Of a DNA stretch of 64,000 nt, positions 8,712-20,206 are shown piece after piece; position 1 is the first letter of the stretch, and every line of letters begins with the position of its first letter. This DNA is from an uncultured Acidobacteriota bacterium. Its GTDB lineage: Bacteria; Acidobacteriota; Thermoanaerobaculia; Multivoradales; SZUA-115. The translations under genes were made by a program, and so were the position numbers. The notes beneath the pieces were generated by a model. That model was not told the DNA's origin, made no database searches, and saw only the letters and a list, made by a program, of their open reading frames with translations. Location of the stretch: contig CAWDVR010000005.1 in the NCBI GenBank assembly GCA_963805975.1, positions 576,001 through 640,000 on the forward strand, in the 5' to 3' direction.

Positions 8712-9983
8712 CTACCCCACCACTCCCGTCTCCCCTTCCGGCGCAGGCACGGCCGGGATGTGGGGCTCCACCGGGAGGCGGATGCGGAGGGTGTGGAGGA
8801 AGACGCCGAACATCAGGGCGCCGGAGATCACGAACGGCGCCACCATGCCCACGCTCTGGAACACGGCCGTGGACCACACCGGCCCTACCAGGCGTGCCAC
8901 GCCGCCGAAGGCTTGTTGCACGCCCATCGCCTGGCCCGTCTCCTCGGTCTTGAAGCGCTGCGAGAGGAGCGAGGTGGTCACCGGGAAGAGGAGCGCGGTG
9001 CCGATGGGCATGAACGCCGCCGTGAGGGCGAGGCCCACGTAGCCGCTCGCGAGCGGCAGAGTGAGCAGCCCGAGGGCGATGGCGAGCGCCCCGGTGCGCA
9101 TCGTCCACAGCTCGCCGAAGCGGCGCACGATCGGCCCCAGGAGCAGTGCCCGCATGACGAGCGTGATGCTCGCCACGTAGGCGAAGAAGAAGCCGATCGT
9201 CTCCTGGTCGATCTCGAACACCCGGAAGAGGTAGAGCGCCATCACCGGGCCGGAGAGCGACATGAAGGCCAGCATGCCGAAGGCGTAGGTCCAGATCAAC
9301 GAGGCGACCGGCGTGCCCGGCTCGGCGATCACGTCGAGGATGGCGCGGCGGATCGAGGGCCGGGCTCTCGCCGGCCCGTTCGTCTTCTCCTTGGGGAAGG
9401 ACTCGGGCAGCCAGCGCCAGGCGAAGGCGATGTTCACCACGCAGAGGCCGAGCGCCACCAGCCCCGGCGCCGCCGGCCCCAGCCGCACCGAGAGCGATCC
9501 CAGGGCCGGGCCGATCACCACCCCGGCCGAGGTCGCGGCGGTCACCCAGCCCAGCACCTTGGAGCGGTCCTTGGGGTCACTCGAGTCGCTGACGTAGGCC
9601 TGCACCACGCCGATCGTGCCGCCGCCCGCGCCCTGCGCCAGGCGGCAGAAGAAGAGCAGCCAGAGCGCGCCCTGGGTGCCGAAGAGCGCCACCGCCTGCG
9701 GCGTCGCGGAGAGCGCGAAGAGCAGGAAGCCGGCGGCCGAGGCGAAGAGCCCGGCGAGGATCACGGGGCGGCGGCCGTAGCGGTCGGAGGAGCGCCCCCA
9801 GAGCGGGGCGGTGGCGAGCTGCGCGGCGGCGAAGGTGGCGGTGAGCCAGCCGATCAGGGTCGGGCTGGCGCCGTAGTTCTCGGCATAGTAGGGGAGCTGC
9901 GAGAAGAGGATCGAGAAGCCCATCATGTCGACGAATGCCGTCACCATGAGGACCGAGAGGCGCTTCAGGGACTCGCGGGCCAT
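8712..9983 (-). CDS. MFS transporter (DHA1/TetA-like)
   Basis: Motif A GRSSDRYGRRPVIL; about 12 TM segments. Confidence 0.88.
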   Translation of the reverse strand: MARESLKRLSVLMVTAFVDMMGFSILFSQLPYYAENYGASPTLIGWLTATFAAAQLATAPLWGRSSDRYGRRPVILAGLFASAAGFLLFALSATPQAVALFGTQGALWLLFFCRLAQGAGGGTIGVVQAYVSDSSDPKDRSKVLGWVTAATSAGVVIGPALGSLSVRLGPAAPGLVALGLCVVNIAFAWRWLPESFPKEKTNGPARARPSIRRAILDVIAEPGTPVASLIWTYAFGMLAFMSLSGPVMALYLFRVFEIDQETIGFFFAYVASITLVMRALLLGPIVRRFGELWTMRTGALAIALGLLTLPLASGYVGLALTAAFMPIGTALLFPVTTSLLSQRFKTEETGQAMGVQQAFGGVARLVGPVWSTAVFQSVGMVAPFVISGALMFGVFLHTLRIRLPVEPHIPAVPAPEGETGVVG

Positions 9984-11650
9984 CAGACCGACTCCTGCCG
10001 GCCGCCCCAGGCGAGGAAGGCCAAGGTGGACGCCACCATCAACAGGACGCCGTAGACGGCGGCGAGGCCCAGCTCGTCGCGGCGCAGGATGGCGTCGATC
10101 GCCATCGAGATGGGGCGGTTGTCCAGGGTGTAGAGAACGATCGAGGCCACGAAGTCGCCCAGCGAGGTGATGAAAGCGAGGCCGGCCCCCGCCACCAGCG
10201 CCGGCCGCAGGATGGGGAGCGTCACCCGGAAGAGGCGCTTGACCCGGCCGGCGCCGAGCGAGGCCGCGGCTTCCTCGAGCGCCGGGTCGAGGGAGCGCAA
10301 GCCGGCCATCGCCGCGCGGCCGGTGAGCGGCAGGCTCCGCACCAGGTAGGCGAGCGGCAGCAGCCAGGGTGTACCTATCAGCACCAGGCGGCCGAGCCAG
10401 GGCGCGTCGACGCTGAAGGTGGTGGCGAGCGACAGCGCGAAGACCGTGGCAGGGAGCGCCCAGGGCAGGGCGATCAACCAGTCGAGCGAGCGGGCGAGCG
10501 GCCCCTGCCGGCCCGCCGAGCCGCGTGCCGCGGCGTAGCCCAGGACCAGGGCGGCGAGCGTCGCCACCGCCGCCATCCAGAACGAGTTGAGGATCGGCCG
10601 CAGGCCCTCGGGCCCGCCCGCCAGGTTGGCGTAGTTGGCGAGCGACAGCACGGGCGGGAAGGGCTCGATGGTCCAGGTGCCGCGGGGAACGAAGGAGACC
10701 AGCAGCAGGGTCGCGTGCGGTAGCAGCAGGAAGGCGGCGAGGGCGCAGGTCGCCACGGTGGCCCCGATTCGACCGGCCCGCGAGGCGATCGGCCGCGGGC
10801 GGGGTGCCACGCCGCGCACCGAGCCGGTGAGGCGCTGCCGCGCATCGAGCTGCTGCGAGAGGTAGAGCGCCGCGAGCGCCAGGAGCCCCAGGGCCACGGA
10901 CTCCACGTGGGCGATCCCCAGGTCGCCGTTCATCTTGGAGGCCAGGATCTGCGTGGTCATCACCCGGAAGCTGCCGCCGAAGAGGTAGGGCGCCGAGAAC
11001 GAGCCCAGCGCGGTCATGAACGTGAGGAGCGCGGCCCCGGCGAGCGCCGGCTTCAAGAGCGGCAGCGTCACCTGCCGGAGGGTGCGCCAGCGCCCGGCGC
11101 CGAGCGCCGCCGCGGCCTCGGGCAGCGACGGGTCGAGCCGGGCGAGCCCGGCGCGGGTGAAGAGGTAGAAGTACACGTACATCGAGTAGGCGTGGACGAG
11201 GAGGATCGCCCCCGGGCCGGAGAGCCGCCAGGGAGGAGCTTCGAGGCCCAGCAGCCACTGGACCGCCCGCGAGGCGAAACCGCTCTCGCCGTAGAGGAAG
11301 AGGAAGGCGATCACGCCCACCAGCGGCGGCAAGGCCACCGGCAGGGCCACCAGCGCCCTCACCAGCCGGCGGCCGGGGAAGTCCACGCGCTCGAAGAGGA
11401 AGGCGAGAGGCACACCGATCGCCGCCGCCAGCGCCACCGAAGCGAGTGAGATCCAGAGGCTGCGCCAGAGTGCCTGCCACTCGGTGGCACGGCTCGCGAA
11501 CTCCAGGACGTAGCCGAGCCCGGGGCTGGTCCAGCCGCCGAAGGCCTCGCCCACGGCGATCAGCAGCGGGTAGCCCACCAGCCAGGCGAGGAGCGCCGCG
11601 GTCGCGAGGCGTGGCCCCTGATTCAGACCCAAGAGGGCCGGGCGCTTCAC
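9983..11650 (-). CDS. Fe3+/thiamine-type ABC transporter permease (FbpB-like)
   Basis: Two EAA loops (LPEAAAALGA, LEEAAASLGA), duplicated permease halves. Confidence 0.88.
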   Translation of the reverse strand: MKRPALLGLNQGPRLATAALLAWLVGYPLLIAVGEAFGGWTSPGLGYVLEFASRATEWQALWRSLWISLASVALAAAIGVPLAFLFERVDFPGRRLVRALVALPVALPPLVGVIAFLFLYGESGFASRAVQWLLGLEAPPWRLSGPGAILLVHAYSMYVYFYLFTRAGLARLDPSLPEAAAALGAGRWRTLRQVTLPLLKPALAGAALLTFMTALGSFSAPYLFGGSFRVMTTQILASKMNGDLGIAHVESVALGLLALAALYLSQQLDARQRLTGSVRGVAPRPRPIASRAGRIGATVATCALAAFLLLPHATLLLVSFVPRGTWTIEPFPPVLSLANYANLAGGPEGLRPILNSFWMAAVATLAALVLGYAAARGSAGRQGPLARSLDWLIALPWALPATVFALSLATTFSVDAPWLGRLVLIGTPWLLPLAYLVRSLPLTGRAAMAGLRSLDPALEEAAASLGAGRVKRLFRVTLPILRPALVAGAGLAFITSLGDFVASIVLYTLDNRPISMAIDAILRRDELGLAAVYGVLLMVASTLAFLAWGGRQESV

Positions 11651-12738
11651 CGGGCCGCCCGCGGGAAGATGCGCGGCAGGGGCCCGGTTCCCGAAGCCGC
11701 CACCCACACCCGGTCGCCGGGGCGGCAGGCGGCGGCGCCGGGGGTCAGCACCTCGATCTCGACGCCGGTCGGGAGCGCCACCGTGGTGTAGGTCAGGGGC
11801 CCGGCATAGCGGCGGTCGGCGACGGTGCCCTCGACCGCGCCGGCTCTCCCGGCCTCCACCAGGGCCAGGGCCTCCGGCCGCACCGCGAGCTCCACGGCGG
11901 CGCCGGCAGAAAGCTCGCCGGCGAGCTCTCCGCGCCATGCGACCGGCGCACCCGCGGCGTCCAGCAAACCGTCGAGCGCCACGGCCGCACTGCCGCCCGC
12001 GTGGGTCAGCGTCCCGGGCAGGAAGCTCGCCCTGCCGATGAAGCCGGCCACGAAGCGGTTCGCCGGCCGCTGGTAGAGCTCCTCGGGCGTCCCCACCTGC
12101 TGCAGGCGGCCCTGGTGGAGCACGCCCACGCGGTCGCCCAGCTCGAAGGCTTCCTCCTGCTCGTGGGTCACCAGCACGGTGGTGATCCCCACCTGCCGCA
12201 CCAGCTTGGCGAGGGCGCGGCGGGTGCGCTCGCGGAGCGTGGGGTCCAGGTTCGAGAGCGGCTCGTCGAGCAGCAGCACGCGGGGCTCGGGGGCGAGCGC
12301 CCGCGCCACGGCCACGCGCTGCTGCTGGCCGCCGGAGATCGCGGTCACCGGCCGATCCTCGAAGCCGCCCATCTCGACGCGCTCCAGAGCGGTGCGTACG
12401 CGGGAGGCCACGCTTGCCTTGTCGCCGGTGAGGCCGAAGGCGACGTTGCCGCCGACCGAGAGGTGGGGGAAGAGGGCGTAGTGCTGGAAGACCATGCCGA
12501 AGCGACGCTGGGCCGGGGGCAGGCGCGTCACCTCCTCGCCGGCCACCCGGATACGCCCGGCGTCGGGGGTCTCGAAGCCGGCCAGCAGGCGCAGCGCCGT
12601 CGTCTTGCCGCTGCCGCTCGGGCCCAGGAGGGCGAAGATCTCGCCTTTTTCGATGCCGATGGAAAGGTCGGTGAGCACGCTCGCGGCCCCGAAGCTCTTG
12701 CTGAGGCCCTCCAGCAGCAGGTACGCCGCGCCGCTCAC
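11647..12738 (-). CDS. ABC transporter ATP-binding protein (FbpC/PotA-like)
   Basis: GPSGSGKT, ISGGQQQR, LLDEP, TOBE-like C-terminus. Confidence 0.92.
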   Translation of the reverse strand: MSGAAYLLLEGLSKSFGAASVLTDLSIGIEKGEIFALLGPSGSGKTTALRLLAGFETPDAGRIRVAGEEVTRLPPAQRRFGMVFQHYALFPHLSVGGNVAFGLTGDKASVASRVRTALERVEMGGFEDRPVTAISGGQQQRVAVARALAPEPRVLLLDEPLSNLDPTLRERTRRALAKLVRQVGITTVLVTHEQEEAFELGDRVGVLHQGRLQQVGTPEELYQRPANRFVAGFIGRASFLPGTLTHAGGSAAVALDGLLDAAGAPVAWRGELAGELSAGAAVELAVRPEALALVEAGRAGAVEGTVADRRYAGPLTYTTVALPTGVEIEVLTPGAAACRPGDRVWVAASGTGPLPRIFPRAAR

Positions 12739-12796
12739 CTAGTTGCACCTTCCGCCGACGTTTGTAGGAGAGGCCGTTTGGTAGGAGAGGTCGGGA

Positions 12797-13837
12797 TCAA
12801 GATCCCGACCTGCCGCGGACCGTGCGGTCCCAGGTGGCCATCCACTCCTTCTCCTTCTGTGCCACCAGCGCGCGGTCGACCTGCGCCGGCACCATCTCGT
12901 CGAGCACGCTCCGCGCCCAGTCCGGCAGGCTCTCGCGCGGCAGGTCGGTGCGGGCGGGCAGGCGGAAGGCCGTCTCGGCGGCGAAGCGCTGGCCGTCGAC
13001 GCTTCCCACCCACTCGATGAAGGCTTTGGCGGTCTCGGGGTGCGGCGCGCCCTTCACCAGGCCCATCGAGTCCTCGATCACCGGTGTTCCCGAGACCGGG
13101 AACTTGTAGGCGAGCGGCCGGCCCCGGTACTGCTGCCAGAGCATGTCGGTCAGCTCCCATACGGTGACGATGCCCTCGCGCCGGGTCAGCTTCTCGAGCA
13201 TCAGGGCCGGGGTCGAGACGTACTCCTTGGTCTGGGCGTCGAAGCGCCGCAGCCACTGCCAGCCGCGCTCCTCGCTCCCGGTCTCGGCGAGCGAGCGGGC
13301 GAGGACCAGGGCGAAGAGGGTGCGCATGGTGCCGGAAGCGAGCGGGTCGCGGATCAGGATCTTGCCGCTGAAGCGGGGATCGAGGAGGTCGTCCCAATCG
13401 TCCGGGGCCTGGTCCGCCGGCAGCGCGTCCTTGTTGTAGGCGAGGACGGGGGCCGTGCGATAGGTGGCGAAGTAGAGGTCCTTCGGACCGCGGCCGTCGG
13501 CGGCGATCGACTCCGCCCAGCTCGGCCGGTAAGGCTCGAGGAGGCCCTCCTCCGCGCCGCGCGCCAGGATGGTCGAAGGGCCGCCGAACCACACGTCGGC
13601 CTGCGGGTTGGGACCCTCGGCGCGCACCCGGTCGTAGACCTCCTGCGAGCCCATGAAGAGCCACACGAGATCGACCTCGGGATGCAGACGCTCGTACTCC
13701 TTCTCGACCGGTTCCAGGAGCTCCGGCCCGTGCGGCGAGTAGACGACGAGCCGCGGCTGTGCCTCGCCGCCGCAGCCGGCGAGAGCGAGGCCGGAAAGCA
13801 ATAGAAAGGCGTGGCGGGACAGACGATGAGGTCTCAT
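12797..13837 (-). CDS. ABC transporter substrate-binding lipoprotein (FbpA/AfuA-like)
   Basis: Lipobox LAGC; LVVYSPH, PQADVWFGG, DPLASGT. Confidence 0.88.
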   Translation of the reverse strand: MRPHRLSRHAFLLLSGLALAGCGGEAQPRLVVYSPHGPELLEPVEKEYERLHPEVDLVWLFMGSQEVYDRVRAEGPNPQADVWFGGPSTILARGAEEGLLEPYRPSWAESIAADGRGPKDLYFATYRTAPVLAYNKDALPADQAPDDWDDLLDPRFSGKILIRDPLASGTMRTLFALVLARSLAETGSEERGWQWLRRFDAQTKEYVSTPALMLEKLTRREGIVTVWELTDMLWQQYRGRPLAYKFPVSGTPVIEDSMGLVKGAPHPETAKAFIEWVGSVDGQRFAAETAFRLPARTDLPRESLPDWARSVLDEMVPAQVDRALVAQKEKEWMATWDRTVRGRSGS

Positions 13838-13908
13838 GGTGTGGGCCCGGCGGGCGGCTGCCGAGTCTACCCCGTGGCGCCTGGAACCGCGATATTCTCG
13901 GCCGCGCC

Positions 13909-16398
13909 ATGGAGAGCACCCAAGTCGCAGCGCCGCCCGCCGAAATCGCATCCTCCGAACGCGAGGTCTTCGAGGTCTTCCGCCGCTGGGGCTATCTGCG
14001 CGCCCAGCTCGATCCCTTCGGCCGGCTCGAGCCGGCGCCTCATCCGGAGCTCGACGCCTTCTCCGGCGAGGCGGCGGAGCGGGCGCGGCGCATCTACTGC
14101 GGCTCGATCGGCATCGAGCTCGCGCACATCCCCGATCCCGAGCGGCGCCGCTACCTGGCTGAGCGCATGGAGGCCGAGCCGCCCGCCTTCGACCGCCGGC
14201 GGATGCTCGAGAGATTGCTCGAGGCCGAGCTCTTCGAGCAGGTGCTCCAGCAGCGCTACCTGGGGAGCAAGCGCTTCTCGCTCGAGGGGGTGACGGCGCT
14301 GGTGCCGCTCCTCGACGAGATGGTGCTCGGTCTGATCGCGCACGGCGGGCAGCAGACGGTGATGGCGATGAGCCACCGCGGGCGCCTCAACGTGATGGCG
14401 CACGTGGTGGGCCTGCCGGCGGCGGACCTCTTCGCCGGTTTCGAGGACGTGGACCCGAAGAGCGTGCTGGGCAGCGGCGACGTCAAGTATCACCTGGGCG
14501 CCACCGGACACCATCCGCTCGATGCGGAGCGGCGGCTGCGCATCCACCTGGTCTCGAACCCCTCGCACCTCGAGGCCGTGCACCCGGTGGCGCTCGGCCG
14601 GGTCAAGGCCAAGCAGCAGCGCATCGGCGGCGACGGCTGGGCGCGGGTGGTGCCGATCGTGATGCACGGCGACGCGGCCTTCGCCGGCCAGGGGATCATG
14701 GCCGAGGCCCTCAACCTGGCGCACCTCCCGGGCTACGACGTCGGCGGCACCCTGCACGTGATCGTCAACAACCTGATCGGCTTCACCACCGAGCCGGCGG
14801 AGCTGCACAGCACGCGCTTCGCCTCGGACGTGGCCAAGCGGTTGCCGGTGCCCATCCTGCACGTCAACGGCGAAGACCTGGGCGCGGTGGTCAAGGCGGC
14901 GCGGATCGCCGTCGACTACCGCTACGCCTTCCGCGACGACGTGGTGATCGATCTCGTCGGCTACCGGCGCCACGGCCACAGCGAGGTGGACGACCCCACC
15001 ATCACCCAGCCGCGGCTCTACCGGCGGATCAAGGACCACCCCGAGCTGTGGCGGCTCTTCGCCCGCGAGCTGGGCGTCGCCGACGCGGAGGTCGACCAGA
15101 TGGTGGCGGCGGTGCGCGCCAAGTTGGGCGAGGCGCAGGCGCAGGCTGCGCGCATGGAGAAAAAGCCGAGCCTCCGCCAGCTCCCCTCCTACTGGGAGGG
15201 CTTCGTGGGCGGCTTCCACGACCCCGCGCTCGAGGTGGCGACGGGCCTTCCCGCGGCGGAGATCGAGAGCCTGGCCGGGGCGCTGACGGCGGTGCCCGAG
15301 GGCTTCCACCTGCACCCCAAGATCGCGCGGCTCCTGAAGGAACGCGCCGAGATGGGCGCCGGCAACAAGGCGGTCGACTTCGGCATGGCCGAGGCGCTGG
15401 CTTTTGGTTCGCTGGTGAAGCAGGGCGTGCCCGTGCGCCTGACCGGGCAGGACACCGTGCGCGCCACCTTCAGCCAGCGCCAGAGCGTGCTGATCGACAT
15501 CGAGACCGAAAGCGAGCACTGCCCGCTGTCGCACGTCGCTCCCGGCCAGGCGCTGTTCGAGGTCTACAACTCGATGCTCTCCGAGGCCGCGGTGATGGGA
15601 TTCGAGTACGGCTACAGCCGCGACTACCCGGAGGCGCTGATCCTCTGGGAGGCGCAGTTCGGCGACTTCGTCAACGGCGCGCAGATCGTGATCGATCAGT
15701 TCCTGGCCGCCGCCGAGGACAAGTGGCAGCTCCTCTCCGGGCTGGTGCTGCTCCTGCCGCACGGCTACGAGGGGCAGGGGCCGGAGCACTCGAGCTGCCG
15801 GATCGAGCGCTTCCTGCAGCTCGCCGGCGAGGACAACATCCAGGTCTGCCAGCCGGCGACCGCGGCCCAGTACTTCCACCTGCTGCGACGCCAGGCGCTG
15901 CGCAAATGGAGGAAGCCGCTGGTGGTGGCGACGCCCAAGAGCATGCTGCGCCACGCGGCGGCGGCCTCGCCGCGCGAGGCCTTCGCCGCGGAGCGCTTCG
16001 CCAACGTGCTGCCGGACCGCGAGGTGCGGGAGGGCGCGCGACGGGTGCTCCTCTGCAGCGGCAAGATCCGCCACGAGCTGGCCGAGGAGCGCCAGCGGCG
16101 GGGCGTGCGCGACACGGCGATCCTGTCGCTAGACCAGCTCTACCCGTTCCCGAAGGCGGACCTCGAGCGCGAGCTGGCCCAGCATCCGGCGGCGGTCGAG
16201 GTGGTCTGGGTGCAGGAGGAGCCGGCCAACATGGGCCCGCTCTTCTTCGTCCTGCCGCGCATCGAGGACGTGGTGCGCAAGGCGTCGGTGCGCTCCATCA
16301 AGCGGTCGGCCTCCGCCAGCCCCGCCACCGGCTCCGCCAAGGCCCACCAGATGGAGCAGAAGAGCCTGCTGACGCTGGCGTTTACGACGCGGGAGTAG
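13909..16398 (+). CDS. sucA: 2-oxoglutarate dehydrogenase E1 component
   Basis: KRFSLEG, NPSHLEAV, HGDAAFAGQG, LWEAQFGDF, PHGYEGQGPEHSS, WVQEEP. Confidence 0.95.
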   Translation: MESTQVAAPPAEIASSEREVFEVFRRWGYLRAQLDPFGRLEPAPHPELDAFSGEAAERARRIYCGSIGIELAHIPDPERRRYLAERMEAEPPAFDRRRMLERLLEAELFEQVLQQRYLGSKRFSLEGVTALVPLLDEMVLGLIAHGGQQTVMAMSHRGRLNVMAHVVGLPAADLFAGFEDVDPKSVLGSGDVKYHLGATGHHPLDAERRLRIHLVSNPSHLEAVHPVALGRVKAKQQRIGGDGWARVVPIVMHGDAAFAGQGIMAEALNLAHLPGYDVGGTLHVIVNNLIGFTTEPAELHSTRFASDVAKRLPVPILHVNGEDLGAVVKAARIAVDYRYAFRDDVVIDLVGYRRHGHSEVDDPTITQPRLYRRIKDHPELWRLFARELGVADAEVDQMVAAVRAKLGEAQAQAARMEKKPSLRQLPSYWEGFVGGFHDPALEVATGLPAAEIESLAGALTAVPEGFHLHPKIARLLKERAEMGAGNKAVDFGMAEALAFGSLVKQGVPVRLTGQDTVRATFSQRQSVLIDIETESEHCPLSHVAPGQALFEVYNSMLSEAAVMGFEYGYSRDYPEALILWEAQFGDFVNGAQIVIDQFLAAAEDKWQLLSGLVLLLPHGYEGQGPEHSSCRIERFLQLAGEDNIQVCQPATAAQYFHLLRRQALRKWRKPLVVATPKSMLRHAAAASPREAFAAERFANVLPDREVREGARRVLLCSGKIRHELAEERQRRGVRDTAILSLDQLYPFPKADLERELAQHPAAVEVVWVQEEPANMGPLFFVLPRIEDVVRKASVRSIKRSASASPATGSAKAHQMEQKSLLTLAFTTRE

Positions 16399-16921
16399 GC
16401 GGCAGGCCTTTGAGCACGTCGCGCTTGTCGCGCACTTCCATGCGCGCGGCCACGTAGTCGGCGTGGGAGAAGCCGAGCTCGTTGGCGATCTGGCGCACCT
16501 GGTTCTCTTCGGCGCCGGAGACCGAGTCGTCGGCCGCCGAGACCGCGAACAGGCAGGAGAGGAGACGGCGCCGTTCCTCCGCGGTGGCCACTTCTTTGAA
16601 CTCGCGGGTGACGAGGAAGTTCTCGGTGCCGCCGAAGAGGCGGCTCTGGCTCTTGGCGATTTCCACCACCAGCACCGCCTGCGCCTCGGGCAAGCCGCCC
16701 ACCTCTGTCACCAGCCGCTCCATGATGCGGGTCTCCGGGTCGCTGATCTCGAGGTCGGCGTGCGCCACGCGCGAGAGGAGATAAGCGAAAGCCGCGAGAT
16801 ACCTCGCCCTCTCCGCCGGCAGTGCGTCGAGCTGGCGGACGATCTTGCGCACCGACTCGGTCTCGGCCGTGCCCGTGGTCTCCGCCTCGCGGCCCAGTCC
16901 TAGGAATTTGAGGATCGACAT
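16382..16921 (-). CDS. TerB-family tellurite resistance-like protein
   Basis: RVAHADLEIS..E and LFAVSAADDSVSGAEE..IANELG repeats. Confidence 0.75.
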   Translation of the reverse strand: MSILKFLGLGREAETTGTAETESVRKIVRQLDALPAERARYLAAFAYLLSRVAHADLEISDPETRIMERLVTEVGGLPEAQAVLVVEIAKSQSRLFGGTENFLVTREFKEVATAEERRRLLSCLFAVSAADDSVSGAEENQVRQIANELGFSHADYVAARMEVRDKRDVLKGLPPTPAS

Positions 16922-17036
16922 CGCTGTTGCCTGGGAGGAATCGAGTATGGCACAGCTCCCCGGCACTCTCCGCCCCACCGTTCGCAGCGCCGCGCGCCAA
17001 CTTTCCGGCTCCGGGGATCTGCGATACCGTCGCGAC

Positions 17037-18890
<1,854 letters not shown>

Positions 18891-18925
18891 TCGGCAGAAA
18901 ACCCATTCGACGGGAGGCTCCCGCC

Positions 18926-19357
18926 ATGTCGCACGACGTTCTTCGGAGGACCCTTCAACTGGCCGCGGTCGCGGCCACCCTCTGGTCTCTCGGGATCTCC
19001 CTCTTCATCGCCTTCGCTCCCAGGGTCCGGGTCGGCTACGAAGCCACGGAGAGCGGTGTCCTGAACGAAGCGGATGCCCTCTACCACGTCGAGACGTATC
19101 GAGAGCGGGGCGCAGGAGACCTCATCGCGCCGGCGATCCCCTTCCTGATGGCCGTCGGGGCCTGCCTCGCTCTCTACCGCGGCCGTCCGGGAGTGGCACT
19201 GGCGAGCTCGATGGCACTGCTGTTGTTCTCGTTTCTTACCGGCTTCTCGATCGGCTCGCGCCTCATCCCTGCGGCGCTCCTGCTCGTCGTGGTCTCACTG
19301 GTCGCTGGCGTCGCTGCCTCACATCGAGAGGTAGCCGTCGTTGACCATGGTCCTTGA
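18926..19357 (+). CDS. Hypothetical membrane protein (about 4 TM)
   Basis: Hydrophobic segments; GGAGG RBS. Confidence 0.6.
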   Translation: MSHDVLRRTLQLAAVAATLWSLGISLFIAFAPRVRVGYEATESGVLNEADALYHVETYRERGAGDLIAPAIPFLMAVGACLALYRGRPGVALASSMALLLFSFLTGFSIGSRLIPAALLLVVVSLVAGVAASHREVAVVDHGP

Positions 19358-19364
19358 CCATGGT
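19341..19364. promoter_or_regulatory. Probable vapBC autoregulatory operator
   Basis: TTGACCATGGT twice (19341-19351, 19354-19364), each palindromic (ACCATGGT), just upstream of the antitoxin start. Confidence 0.65.
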
Positions 19365-19375
19365 ACGTTTCTGAC

Positions 19376-19615
19376 GTGGAAAGCCTGGCGATCTCGAAGT
19401 TCAAGGCCACCTGCCTCGCCGTGCTGGAGCGGGTACAGAAGACGGGCCAGCCCGTCCTGGTCACCAAGCGTGGTGTCCCGGTCGCGCAGGTCGTGCCGCC
19501 TCCCACGCCCGCAGTCTCCAAGAACAGCGCTTTTGGAGCCCTTGCGGGAACCGCATGGGAGATCGAGGACATTCTGGAACCCCTTCCGGCGGAAGACTGG
19601 GAAGCGCTGCGTTGA
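19376..19615 (+). CDS. Phd/YefM antitoxin
   Basis: ISKFKATCLAVLERVQKTGQPVLVTKRGVPVAQVVP. Confidence 0.9.
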   Translation: MESLAISKFKATCLAVLERVQKTGQPVLVTKRGVPVAQVVPPPTPAVSKNSAFGALAGTAWEIEDILEPLPAEDWEALR

Positions 19616-20007
19616 CCGGGTATCTGCTGGATACCCACATCTGGTTCTGGTACTTGACCGGCTCGCAGCGGCTTCCGGCCGAGCTCCGGGAGGTCGTTGG
19701 CTCGAGCAGCGACCGATGCTGGCTTTCTCCCATCTCGGTTTGGGAGCTGGGTCTTCTGGCAAGTCGACGGCGAGTGGGAATTGCTGGTGACTATCGAGAC
19801 TGGCTCGATCGAGCCCACCTGGTGCTGCCACTCAAAGAAGCTCATCTCAGCCGAGAGATCGCTTTGAAGAGCATCGAGTTGAACTTGCCTCACCGTGACC
19901 CGGCGGACCACTTCCTCGCCGCAACAGCCCTGGTGTTCGATCTCACCCTGCTGACCGTGGACGACAACCTCACCTCGGCAGCGTGGCTGCCGACGATGTC
20001 CGGTTGA
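19612..20007 (+). CDS. vapC: VapC PIN-domain toxin
   Basis: LLDTHIW, SPISVWE, HRDPADHFLAATA, LTVD; TTG start overlaps antitoxin stop. Confidence 0.88.
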   Translation: MTGYLLDTHIWFWYLTGSQRLPAELREVVGSSSDRCWLSPISVWELGLLASRRRVGIAGDYRDWLDRAHLVLPLKEAHLSREIALKSIELNLPHRDPADHFLAATALVFDLTLLTVDDNLTSAAWLPTMSG

Positions 20008-20206
20008 GCTCGCTCTCGCCTTGCGGGTCGCCAGCCCGTGCTCCAGAAGAGCTGAAACACCGCCGTGATATCATCGCTGTGAGCCTCGTCAGGATCTCCG
20101 GCTCACGTCTTCCGCAGATGCTTCGATCCTTCCTCTTCTCTCACGACTTCAGGCAACGAAGTTGCCATCCGCCACGGATCTCACGTTCCACGGCGCAAGA
20201 GCCTGC

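Noticed and set aside
13867-16074. Long antisense or alternative-frame ORFs (here and throughout, e.g. 32160-34667, 42752-44935, 46243-48564)
   Set aside because: Shadow ORFs of GC-rich genes, Arg/Gly/Pro-rich and without motifs.
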